Assembly: GCA_964526385.1 (NCBI GenBank)
Contig: CAZGJD010000003.1
Coordinates: 55,225-119,224 of the forward strand
Direction of reading: 5' to 3'
Length of the DNA: 64,000 nucleotides
Source of the DNA: an uncultured Candidatus Poseidoniales archaeon
GTDB taxonomy: Archaea; Thermoplasmatota; Poseidoniia; Poseidoniales; Poseidoniaceae
The notes beneath the pieces were generated by a model that was given only the letters and a program-made list of their open reading frames with translations, was not told the DNA's origin and made no database searches. Made by a program: the position numbers and the translations under genes. Shown here piece by piece: positions 18,821 through 26,917 of the stretch. Numbering within the stretch: the first letter of the stretch is position 1; every line of letters begins with the position of its first letter.

Positions 18821-20164
18821 TCAGCATTCAGATGCTGGCTCACTATCTTGGCTTCCTTCGTTAGAATCCCAAAAGAATTCAATTCGTGAATCAGAGTTGG
18901 TATAGGTCTCTCCTAAATCATTGATTATCTTCACTTCAAAGATGTAGCAACCATCTCCACTGTAGAAATCATCTCTGTCAAGGATTGAAATATCGTTTGA
19001 ATAAGTCCCTGGCATTTGTACCCAACTGTAAGAAAACTCTCCCAATCCTGGAACTATTCCTTCTTCAGCTGTGATAGTGTCATAACTATATGTCTCTGAA
19101 CTACCTTTGAGGACTTTCAAACCAACTGTCCAATCTGATTCAACAGGTTTTGGTTCTACTCCTGTGAACATATTGTTATCAAAACCAAAGGAAGCATCAG
19201 GGTCTCCCATTCCGATGATCAACTCAACGTTGATTCCCGTGTAGGTTTTCTCTCCAGTTTCCGTATCTGTCGTAAACTTTTCATTGATTCTTACGAATCC
19301 AGTGTCAACCTCCCTGTTCATTAGGTGACTAAAATCAAAAGATGCTACTCCACCTTCGGACGTAACTACGACTTCATAAGTTAGGAGTTTATCCTCAGCC
19401 ATATCTTCTGAGTTTCCAATCCAAAAATCAACAAGTGGAACTGAATGGCTCCCTCTGTCAACATTTATTGTAGATTCATGATTTGCACTAACAGTACCAT
19501 CAACAACAATTTCTACTGTATACTCCATTCCAGTAGGTCCGAAGAATTTGAGATCGAGTTCATTGTTAGATCCGTCTAACTCTACGCTTGCTATTGTAAC
19601 ACCCCCGCCTGCTACAATAAACATTGTTCCAATCGATGCAGCGATGTATACCACAACTAACGCAATAGCGGAAAAACCAGCTTTTAGAGTGGTAAAATTA
19701 TCTGATAATTTATTGGAACCTGCATACAATCCCCAGCCTATTGCAATAATCAGGAAAGACAGGAATCTGTCGGTAATGGTAGCGTATATCCAGCCATCTT
19801 GTAGTACTTTGAAAAGGCTAAACAAGACGAAGATTACTGCTGCGATTTGCATTCCAATGATTATTTTCTTGTCATTATCTCTCCATTTGACAGCATCGTC
19901 TACAGTTCCACCTCCACCTGTTGCTACATTATTATCTGGTTTCGGGGATGGAGTTTTTTTATTCTCCACAGGTTTCTTTTCTGGCTCTGCTTTTTTCACT
20001 GGTTTTGGAGCTGGTTGAACCTTGGTTTCCTTTTCCGCAGATTTCTTGCCCATTTCGTACGCACTGATAATTGCAGATGGGTCATTTACAACCTTAGAAC
20101 CAACGTTGTCGCCTTGATGTACAGAATCTTTGTATTCGTTTGCTTTATCCAAAAGTCCACTCAT
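18821..20164 (-). CDS. polytopic membrane protein of unknown function with a K/P-rich N-terminal region and an extracytoplasmic C-terminal beta-rich domain
   Basis: ATG verified. N-terminal about 110 aa is lysine/proline-rich (KPVKKAEPEKKPVENKKTPSPKP). Four predicted TM helices. A C-terminal domain of about 230 aa has no recognisable motifs. Confidence 0.45.
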   Translation of the reverse strand: MSGLLDKANEYKDSVHQGDNVGSKVVNDPSAIISAYEMGKKSAEKETKVQPAPKPVKKAEPEKKPVENKKTPSPKPDNNVATGGGGTVDDAVKWRDNDKKIIIGMQIAAVIFVLFSLFKVLQDGWIYATITDRFLSFLIIAIGWGLYAGSNKLSDNFTTLKAGFSAIALVVVYIAASIGTMFIVAGGGVTIASVELDGSNNELDLKFFGPTGMEYTVEIVVDGTVSANHESTINVDRGSHSVPLVDFWIGNSEDMAEDKLLTYEVVVTSEGGVASFDFSHLMNREVDTGFVRINEKFTTDTETGEKTYTGINVELIIGMGDPDASFGFDNNMFTGVEPKPVESDWTVGLKVLKGSSETYSYDTITAEEGIVPGLGEFSYSWVQMPGTYSNDISILDRDDFYSGDGCYIFEVKIINDLGETYTNSDSRIEFFWDSNEGSQDSEPASEC

Positions 20165-20256
20165 AACCTCACCACTGCTAAATCATTACGATAACTTATG
20201 CGTTATCAATACAACCCTTTTACGGGGCAGTTTAAGTGATATTTGGTATGTTGATT

Positions 20257-21210
20257 TTACAATCCGGGTGCAGACTCGAGCCATTCGGCTTCGTCATCAT
20301 CATCATCTTCGTCAGACCTACGTTTTGCAATAACTGCCGCTGCGAATCCAAGCATTGCTAACGAAGGAATCAATTCGAAACCTGGAAGATATACACCACG
20401 AACGTAGATAGTGATCATTTGGGACATGGAATTACATCCACCTGTTTCATATCTACAAGAGAATTCTGAAATTGCTTCGAATTCTAGAGTGTAATATTCG
20501 TCAGTCCAACCTTGGTTCTTAGGAGTTCTTACCATGACTCTAACCTTCTGAGGTGCTGCCATTCCGTCGATTTCAACAGCAACCATTGGTATTGAAATTT
20601 GGAATCCACTTTCTTCGAGTTTGTCCCTGGAAGCATCTGTAACTCCGACCTTGAACTTATCAGCCCAGTTTCCTTGGTTGTAAACCTTAAACTCAAAGTT
20701 GTGATCGGTCTTAGGAGATAGTTGCAAGAATGGCTCAGTAGCTTCTACCTGAAGTCTACTAAATTGAAGGATGTTGATAATCATCTGAACTTGTGATTCA
20801 GCGATGTTTGGTGGTGGTGCACCGTTTGCTTCAACCACTGTAGCAGTTACGATTAGATTTCTACCTGACATTGTCATTCTCTGGTCTGCTCTAACCGTAG
20901 TCTGGAATTCAGATTCTGCGTTTGGTCCAAGAGAGATAGTACCTGGGGCAGCAACAACAAGTCCGTCAGCCGAAACTTGAATTTGTATTCTTTCAGCGTA
21001 TGTGTTTGGATTTGTAACCTTACAGTTTGCGAATCCAGTCAGGGTTGCTCCTGGGTAAACAGGTACGTCTACCGCACCACTTGGATTCGGAGATAGACAC
21101 TGCAAATCGACTGCAGGAACAGATAACTGGGCCTGTGCAGGAGTAGCCATCACGAGAATGCTAGCCATGTATACCGCAAGTAAGAACAAAGAACGTCTCA
21201 AAGCCTTCAT
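20257..21210 (-). CDS. secreted surface protein with a signal peptide and a PGF-CTERM-like C-terminal anchor
   Basis: The ATG at 21210 gives the signal peptide MKALRRSLFLLAVYMASILVMATPAQAQ (the track start at 21375 is further upstream). C-terminus PGFELIPSLAMLGFAAAVIAKRR followed by the acidic tail SDEDDDDDEAEWLESAPGL. Confidence 0.5.
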   Translation of the reverse strand: MKALRRSLFLLAVYMASILVMATPAQAQLSVPAVDLQCLSPNPSGAVDVPVYPGATLTGFANCKVTNPNTYAERIQIQVSADGLVVAAPGTISLGPNAESEFQTTVRADQRMTMSGRNLIVTATVVEANGAPPPNIAESQVQMIINILQFSRLQVEATEPFLQLSPKTDHNFEFKVYNQGNWADKFKVGVTDASRDKLEESGFQISIPMVAVEIDGMAAPQKVRVMVRTPKNQGWTDEYYTLEFEAISEFSCRYETGGCNSMSQMITIYVRGVYLPGFELIPSLAMLGFAAAVIAKRRSDEDDDDDEAEWLESAPGL

Positions 21211-21355
21211 ACCTTCACCTATATCCAAGCCACAATCTCGACCCTCATAACCATTTTGGGGACTTGCCTTTACGAAATGGACATCAGTGAGTCTTTCGAT
21301 TAAACCACATATTGATATGATATCTCTATTTCGGTAGGGTTGAGAGGAATAAAAT

Positions 21356-21802
21356 ATGGATGATAAAAATCTCATTATCGCAGAAGCACACTGTGACGGA
21401 CCGTGTGGTGTCTACGACCCATCAAGCGCACGAATCGCTGGAGAAGCAGTCCAGTCGATGACGAACAAAATGTTGGCACTAACCTGCCCGTCCACAGAGG
21501 ATGGCCCAGCAATGGCAGCATACCTAAACACAATGTCAAGATACGCAGCTATCAAGGAAGAAGAAGCACAGAAGTGTAAGGATGAAATTCTTGTTCTATG
21601 GACAGACTTTTTCAAGCCCCAGCACCTTGAGGCAAATCCAAACTTGCACGACACATTTTGGAAAGCAGCCAAACTATGTTCAGCCTGCAAGGTTGAGGTT
21701 TCCGCTGAACACGCACAGGAACTCATGGACGCAATCGAAGAAATTCACGGAATGTTTTGGGCTGCCAAGGGACGTGAAGTTACTTGGATAAGAGCATCAT
21801 AG
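21356..21802 (+). CDS. sodN: nickel-containing superoxide dismutase precursor (NiSOD)
   Basis: An 11-aa propeptide MDDKNLIIAEA is followed by the Ni-hook HCDGPCGVYDPSSARIA (Streptomyces NiSOD mature N-terminus is HCDLPCGVYDPA). Downstream LWTDFFKPQHLEANPNLH...FWAAK parallels the Streptomyces LWSDYFKPPHFEKYPELH...FWETK. Confidence 0.9.
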   Translation: MDDKNLIIAEAHCDGPCGVYDPSSARIAGEAVQSMTNKMLALTCPSTEDGPAMAAYLNTMSRYAAIKEEEAQKCKDEILVLWTDFFKPQHLEANPNLHDTFWKAAKLCSACKVEVSAEHAQELMDAIEEIHGMFWAAKGREVTWIRAS

Positions 21803-22080
21803 ACGTCAAGATATCTGGCGATTCAATGTGGCCGTCATTCGTAGACGGCGACGTAGTAGAATTTGAAAGTATGAAAGATCAAATTGTAAATCTAGAAGAT
21901 ATTATTGTATTTAATCACCCTCTGAAACGTGATGTTATCTGTATTAAAAGAGTAAAAAGAATCTCTGACAACAGGTATTTCGTTGAAGGGGATAATCCTG
22001 ACCCTACTTCCTCAGAAGATTCTCATAATTTTGGTCTAATCGACAGAAAAAACATTCTTGCAATTTTGCAAAATGAATAG
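21784..22080 (+). CDS. sodX: NiSOD maturation peptidase (SodX, truncated signal-peptidase I / S26 family)
   Basis: GDSMWPSF (Ser nucleophile box), ICIKRVKRI (Lys box) and VEGDNPD (GDN box) in 98 aa. Starts with TTG at 21784, overlapping the sodN 3' end by 19 nt. It lies immediately downstream of sodN, as in bacterial sodN-sodX pairs. Confidence 0.75.
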   Translation: MDKSIIDVKISGDSMWPSFVDGDVVEFESMKDQIVNLEDIIVFNHPLKRDVICIKRVKRISDNRYFVEGDNPDPTSSEDSHNFGLIDRKNILAILQNE

Positions 22081-22089
22081 TGAAAAAGG

Positions 22090-22162
22090 TGGACCCGGAG
22101 GGACTTGAACCCACGACCGCCCGGTTATGAGCCGGGTGCTCCACCAACTAAGCTACAGGTCC
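22090..22162 (-). tRNA. tRNA-Met (anticodon CAT), elongator type or possibly tRNA-Ile2; CCA not encoded
   Basis: Minus-strand sequence GGACCTGTAGCTTAGTTGGTGGAGCACCCGGCTCATAACCGGGCGGTCGTGGGTTCAAGTCCCTCCGGGTCCA folds as a cloverleaf. Acceptor 7 bp with one U-G; D-stem GCTT/GAGC; anticodon stem CCCGG/CCGGG with loop CTCATAA; T-loop TTCAAGT; discriminator A. The T-stem has one U-U mismatch. G1-C72, so not an initiator. Confidence 0.85.
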
Positions 22163-22173
22163 GACTTGCCGAC

Positions 22174-23463
22174 TCAACAGGTTGGTAGTCTTGACTGTGA
22201 CGGTTTGATTACCTCTCTCGCTACATGCTCACATTCATCTCTGACATCTTCTGGAATGAAAATCAGAGCAAGTTCAGATGAGAGGACTAGACTTTGAATT
22301 AAAGGAGAATGTTCGACAACATCTCTGCCATCTTCCAAAATTATGCCTTGGCTATATGGCTTGTATCCCTTCTTTCTAATACTCGAAATAATTATTTCTT
22401 CTTCGCTATATCCTGAATTTTTCACAATTGGTTTGATTTTCTCAATTACAATAGAACTCATTTCTTCGGTCAAATCTGAAATTCTTATCGATTTATGGTA
22501 ATCTTTCCGTGAGACGAGCTTGTCGGCATATTTAGCTAATTCATCATCATTTGATTCAGACCAATCCATCAATACTGAGTTGATATCTGCATCAGTCAAT
22601 TTTACGTAATCTTTGACAGATAATTCATCATTACATAACATATTCCATAGCGAATTTGTGAGTTTTAATTTTCCATCGATTGCGAGTTTTCTCGCTCTGG
22701 ACAATACACGTATCAGGTATTCTTGTGTTAACTGATTCACCTTGTGAAAATAAACCTGATTGTACATGTGATATCTTGTTACCAAATAGGCCTCAATTGC
22801 AGGAAGACCCCACTTTTTTGCATATAATCGTCCATCCTCGTTGACCCTTAGTGCTCTAATTACTCGAGATGAGTCAAAACCACCTATTTGAGCGCCAGTA
22901 TTTGCCTGGTCCCTAATCATGTAGTCCATCCGATCAACATCTAATTGACTACTGATTATTTCTTTTAGGAATGGAGGGATTTCTTGGCCATTACACTCAG
23001 ATTTTCCCGAATACAAAGCGAACAATCTTTCTGTCCTGTCATCCCCCAAAATTTCTCTCAAAGCCTTACCGATATCTGTTTCTGTGGACTCAAGTATCTT
23101 TTTTCCCCAATCCTCATGAGAATGAAATGTTGCAAATACCTTATCCGACTCCAATAAATGTGAAAATGGTGGATGACCAATATCGTGAAGTAAGGCGCCG
23201 ATAGATACTAATTCCGCATCTTCATTAGAAATTATGCCGGGTTGAACTTCGGATAAGTGCTCGCATAATTTCACAGCTAAATGGTATGCACCTAGACTGT
23301 GAGAGAACCGGTTGTGAGTTGCTGCTGGAAATACATAATGACAAGTAGCTAACTGCTGTATATTTCTCAATCTTTGGAATTCCTTGGTATCTATCAGTTT
23401 AGAGATGTGACTTGGAATGAGGATGTCGCGATGGATTTCATCTCTAATCACCCTGTCCCTCAT
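22174..23463 (-). CDS. HD-domain phosphohydrolase, SAMHD1/dGTPase-like dNTP triphosphohydrolase family (COG1078)
   Basis: HD motifs HNRFSHSLGAYHLAVKL and ALLHDIGHPPFSHLLE. Length about 430 aa. The N-terminal MRDRVIRDEIHRDI resembles COG1078 starts. The track start at 23490 is TTG; the ATG at 23463 is preferred. Confidence 0.7.
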   Translation of the reverse strand: MRDRVIRDEIHRDILIPSHISKLIDTKEFQRLRNIQQLATCHYVFPAATHNRFSHSLGAYHLAVKLCEHLSEVQPGIISNEDAELVSIGALLHDIGHPPFSHLLESDKVFATFHSHEDWGKKILESTETDIGKALREILGDDRTERLFALYSGKSECNGQEIPPFLKEIISSQLDVDRMDYMIRDQANTGAQIGGFDSSRVIRALRVNEDGRLYAKKWGLPAIEAYLVTRYHMYNQVYFHKVNQLTQEYLIRVLSRARKLAIDGKLKLTNSLWNMLCNDELSVKDYVKLTDADINSVLMDWSESNDDELAKYADKLVSRKDYHKSIRISDLTEEMSSIVIEKIKPIVKNSGYSEEEIIISSIRKKGYKPYSQGIILEDGRDVVEHSPLIQSLVLSSELALIFIPEDVRDECEHVAREVIKPSQSRLPTC

Positions 23464-23538
23464 GGACTTCCGTTTCGTCTCTAATATCAAGTCCTTTCCC
23501 TACCAAAGTGATATTGATTTAGAGGATTTGGAGGTGGC

Positions 23539-25350
23539 ATGAGCGAAGCCACTGGGCCGAAGGATACGGCCGAGGAGAGCATTACTAAAACAGACCAAAC
23601 ACAAATGGATATTGACAGTGTTTTCAACAAATATGACGAAAATTCTGATGGTAAAATCCAGCATAGTGAGTATGTAGAAGTTCACGGTTCCGGCACTGGT
23701 GGAGGAGTTTCTGGCATTCTTGACCGACTGCTTGATGACAGTCCGGAACTCCGAGGGCAGAGGCTTTGGGTGATGTTTTCGATATCAATTGTATTAGTAG
23801 CAGCCCTAAATGCATATGCAATGGTCCGTGAACCTGAACTGGTTGCCATTGAGGACTTAGTTCAACATTCAAATGAAGTAGTATCCATTAAAGGAAGTGT
23901 AGTTTCTTGGGTTGAAGACCCTTATTCATCTGGAGAAGATAGAGTGAATATTTTGGTCGAAGACTCAACCGGAGTCGCTCAATTAAGGTGGTATAATTTT
24001 GCTGAAATTCCGATGCTTGGAACAGAAATAAAAGTAACGGGTGACGTGATTGTTTACAATGGTAAAATATGGATACAAGCCATCGGAAGTGGAGCTGTAT
24101 CTTGGGATGAAGCCGATGTTCCAGAAGCGCCTGAACTCACAATTTCAGCAATTGCAAAGGCGCCGGAGGATTATATGGGTGATACGGTAACCGTTTCCGG
24201 ATACATTTCGAAACCTGTTAATCCTGATTCTACTTTCACATCACTCACTTTGAGGGACCACCCCTCCTATGGTATGCAAGAATATCAAATGAACATGATT
24301 ATTCATTCAGCACCCGGCCAATGGTTAGAATCCGGACAAAAAGTTGAGGTCACCGCAACATTAGATTACTCAGAAAAATATCTTCAGTGGTCAATGCATG
24401 TTCAAGGTCCTGAAATCAGAGTTGTTCGAACTCATGAACCGGTTCCGACAAAAATTGGTTGGTCTAATTATCAAACATGGTCATACAATTCTGGTGCTTT
24501 GATTATTATTGAGGGGATGATTGATGATGATGAAATAATAGAGCCAAATGGAGATCTAAGAGCATGTTTATTGAATACTCCTGACCTTACTGATTATCAA
24601 GGAGAAGTTGTGACTTATGGTGGAAGACTTGTTTGGTCCACATCCTATGCCGGTTGGTGCGTAGATTCTACCAGTTCATCATCTATTCAACTCCTTGACA
24701 TAACGGATGCTGAAAACATCCTAGGATATCTTTCAATGAATCCAAAATCAACTTTTGACGAGGTTGAAAATAGTACTAGGTACCTGATTTCAGGTGTAGT
24801 TTCTGGCTCATACTTAATGAGCGAAAATGGAGATACAAAAATATCCATTGCTGATGCTGTGTATCCTAACACACTCACGAAAATGGATGCCTATGTCCCA
24901 GTTGGACAACATTCAGGATGGCTAGAAGACGGACAAGAAATAGTTGCAAATGTTTCAATTTCTTGGAATAGTAACTCTAACGAATTCCAACTTATTGTAT
25001 ATGATTTGGTGCTAACTGGAGATACTCCAGAACCCAATCCATATGATTTAGCAGATGGTGCTCCACAATTTTATGACCTGAATAAGATAACTAGTATCGT
25101 AGGTAATGTTGTCGAAATTGATGGTGCAACATACCTGCAAAAAGAAGGCGGTGAGCAAAAAATTGTGATTGATATAGACCCAACGTCTATTGGATTGAAT
25201 TCATATCACGAAGGTCTGACATTGAAGTGGATTGGTCGATTGATTGAAATGCCGGATGATGTAACTCTATCCCACTATTACGTGCTTAGTGATGCGGATG
25301 TAGTGGACATGGACGGCAATGGGATTGCCGACGACGCTGAAGATTTGTGA
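23539..25350 (+). CDS. single-pass membrane protein with an N-terminal cytoplasmic EF-hand Ca-binding loop and a large extracytoplasmic beta-rich domain
   Basis: A canonical EF-hand loop DENSDGKIQHSE has D1, N3, D5, G6, I8 and E12 all in place. TM helix LWVMFSISIVLVAALNAYAMV. About 500 aa extracellular. An SD-like GGAGGTGGC precedes the ATG. Confidence 0.5.
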   Translation: MSEATGPKDTAEESITKTDQTQMDIDSVFNKYDENSDGKIQHSEYVEVHGSGTGGGVSGILDRLLDDSPELRGQRLWVMFSISIVLVAALNAYAMVREPELVAIEDLVQHSNEVVSIKGSVVSWVEDPYSSGEDRVNILVEDSTGVAQLRWYNFAEIPMLGTEIKVTGDVIVYNGKIWIQAIGSGAVSWDEADVPEAPELTISAIAKAPEDYMGDTVTVSGYISKPVNPDSTFTSLTLRDHPSYGMQEYQMNMIIHSAPGQWLESGQKVEVTATLDYSEKYLQWSMHVQGPEIRVVRTHEPVPTKIGWSNYQTWSYNSGALIIIEGMIDDDEIIEPNGDLRACLLNTPDLTDYQGEVVTYGGRLVWSTSYAGWCVDSTSSSSIQLLDITDAENILGYLSMNPKSTFDEVENSTRYLISGVVSGSYLMSENGDTKISIADAVYPNTLTKMDAYVPVGQHSGWLEDGQEIVANVSISWNSNSNEFQLIVYDLVLTGDTPEPNPYDLADGAPQFYDLNKITSIVGNVVEIDGATYLQKEGGEQKIVIDIDPTSIGLNSYHEGLTLKWIGRLIEMPDDVTLSHYYVLSDADVVDMDGNGIADDAEDL

Positions 25351-26861
25351 GAGTGTTTGTTATGGATGCCTTTTTCGCTGAAATGGGATGGATGCTTTTT
25401 GCACTATTCCTCGGCGTATGCATTGGCTCTCTTACTGGTTTAATTCCAGGTTTCCACGTAAACAACGTAGCATTAATCCTTCTTGGAATATCACCTGCCC
25501 TACTCGCAATAGGAATCCCACTTTCGGCCGCAGCGGGAATCATCGTTTCAACAGGAATAGTCCACACATTCTTGAACTACATACCCTCTGCATTGATTGG
25601 AGCGCCCGGCGCAGATACAGCACTGTCGCTACTACCCGGCCATAGGATGCTATTATCTGGTAATGCTCCTCGAGGTGTTGCATATTCAGCTAGGGGTAGC
25701 CAACTTGGATTATTCCTGTCACTACCACTTATCGTTGCTGCAAGAATAGCCTTTGGACCTGAACTTGGTTTTTACGACCATCTGCGTAGTGCTCTTCCAT
25801 TCGTTTTATTGTCGATTTCAATTCTACTTATTGCAACAGAAACCACCAGACTAGATTTTCCGGATTGGATTCAAAAAGCATCAGGTGGTAAGTTAGGTAA
25901 TGATTCTAGATTTGCAGGATACATTGCTGCCACATCTTTCTTCCTTCTTACTGGATTGTATGGCTGGGGAATCTTCAACCTTCCAGTAACCTCACCAGTT
26001 GGAATGCCAGGCGCAGGATTACTACTTCCAGCACTAGGCGGATTATTTGGTATTGCAAATTTGCTTGACATTTACGCTACGACTTCTGAAATACCGCCTC
26101 AAAAGGAAGATTGGGAGCTGCCTGCTTCTGGGCCACTAGTGGTTCCATGTTTCCTATCTTCTTGCGCTGGTGCTGCAATGGGTGTTCTACCGGGGATGAC
26201 TGCTGCTCAAGCGACTGTTTTAGTTATGGGAGGACGAAATGTCGCTGCTAAAATTCAGGGTAAAGAAGGATATGGTCTTGATTGGGAGACTAGAAAACTC
26301 ACGGAAATGACCGATGAAGAATTACTTGCTTTGGCAAGAGCGGAAGCCGCAGGAGAAGGGGAGAGCCCTCACACTAAGCAAGACCTCGAAATTATTGCCC
26401 TGTTGTCTGCCACTAACACCGCTGTTACGGTTATGGTACTCGGATTCCTGTACATCATAGGAAGGTCAAGGTCAGGAGCAACTCTCGCTTTGAAGCAAAT
26501 GTACCCAATTGATACGTGGAGTGGACTACACCCCACAACCGATTTTATCAGGCTAATAGCAATTACAATCGCGGCAGGAATCATCGCAGTTCCACTCATG
26601 AAACACGTAGGCAAAGGTATTTTGCAACTTCATGAAGCGGTACCGCTACAGTCAATGGTCCTTGGCGTGGTTATTTTCATTGTAGTATTGGTCTGGCTCT
26701 CGTGTGGTTGGGTTGGCATGATTGTCTTAATCGTTGGAACAATACTTGGGCTAATCCCCCCAAGAATCGGGATTAGGCGTTCTCATGCTATGGGTATAAT
26801 CATCGTACCAATCATGATCTACACCTTTGCTCAAAAATACGATGCATTTGGATTCCTTTGA
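25347..26861 (+). CDS. polytopic membrane protein, TctA-family (DUF112) candidate transporter
   Basis: About 16 predicted TM helices. The N-terminal pattern GSLTGLIPGFHV...GAPGADTALSLLPGHRMLLSGNAPRGVAYSARGSQLG resembles the TctA GxLxGxLPGIG...NLPGEAASAVTCLDGYPLARQGRAGxALG signature. GTG start overlaps the upstream stop (GTGA); the first ATG is at 25362. Confidence 0.5.
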   Translation: MRVFVMDAFFAEMGWMLFALFLGVCIGSLTGLIPGFHVNNVALILLGISPALLAIGIPLSAAAGIIVSTGIVHTFLNYIPSALIGAPGADTALSLLPGHRMLLSGNAPRGVAYSARGSQLGLFLSLPLIVAARIAFGPELGFYDHLRSALPFVLLSISILLIATETTRLDFPDWIQKASGGKLGNDSRFAGYIAATSFFLLTGLYGWGIFNLPVTSPVGMPGAGLLLPALGGLFGIANLLDIYATTSEIPPQKEDWELPASGPLVVPCFLSSCAGAAMGVLPGMTAAQATVLVMGGRNVAAKIQGKEGYGLDWETRKLTEMTDEELLALARAEAAGEGESPHTKQDLEIIALLSATNTAVTVMVLGFLYIIGRSRSGATLALKQMYPIDTWSGLHPTTDFIRLIAITIAAGIIAVPLMKHVGKGILQLHEAVPLQSMVLGVVIFIVVLVWLSCGWVGMIVLIVGTILGLIPPRIGIRRSHAMGIIIVPIMIYTFAQKYDAFGFL

Positions 26862-26917
26862 TTACAAATTTAATTTTCAACACAATATTTGCAGGAACTA
26901 AAATCATAGAAATGACA

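Noticed and set aside
19548-20333. Plus-strand ORFs of 156, 115 and 67 aa
   Set aside because: They are antisense to the 18821-20164 membrane-protein gene or lie within its promoter region. No motifs.
21412-21791. 104-aa minus-strand and 69-aa plus-strand ORFs overlapping sodN
   Set aside because: sodN is supported by the Ni-hook and a full-length alignment to NiSOD, so the overlapping frames are spurious.
23500-23872. 61-aa and 82-aa minus-strand ORFs at the divergent HD/EF-hand gene junction
   Set aside because: They overlap the 5' region of the 23539 gene antisense. One depends on a far-upstream alternative start.
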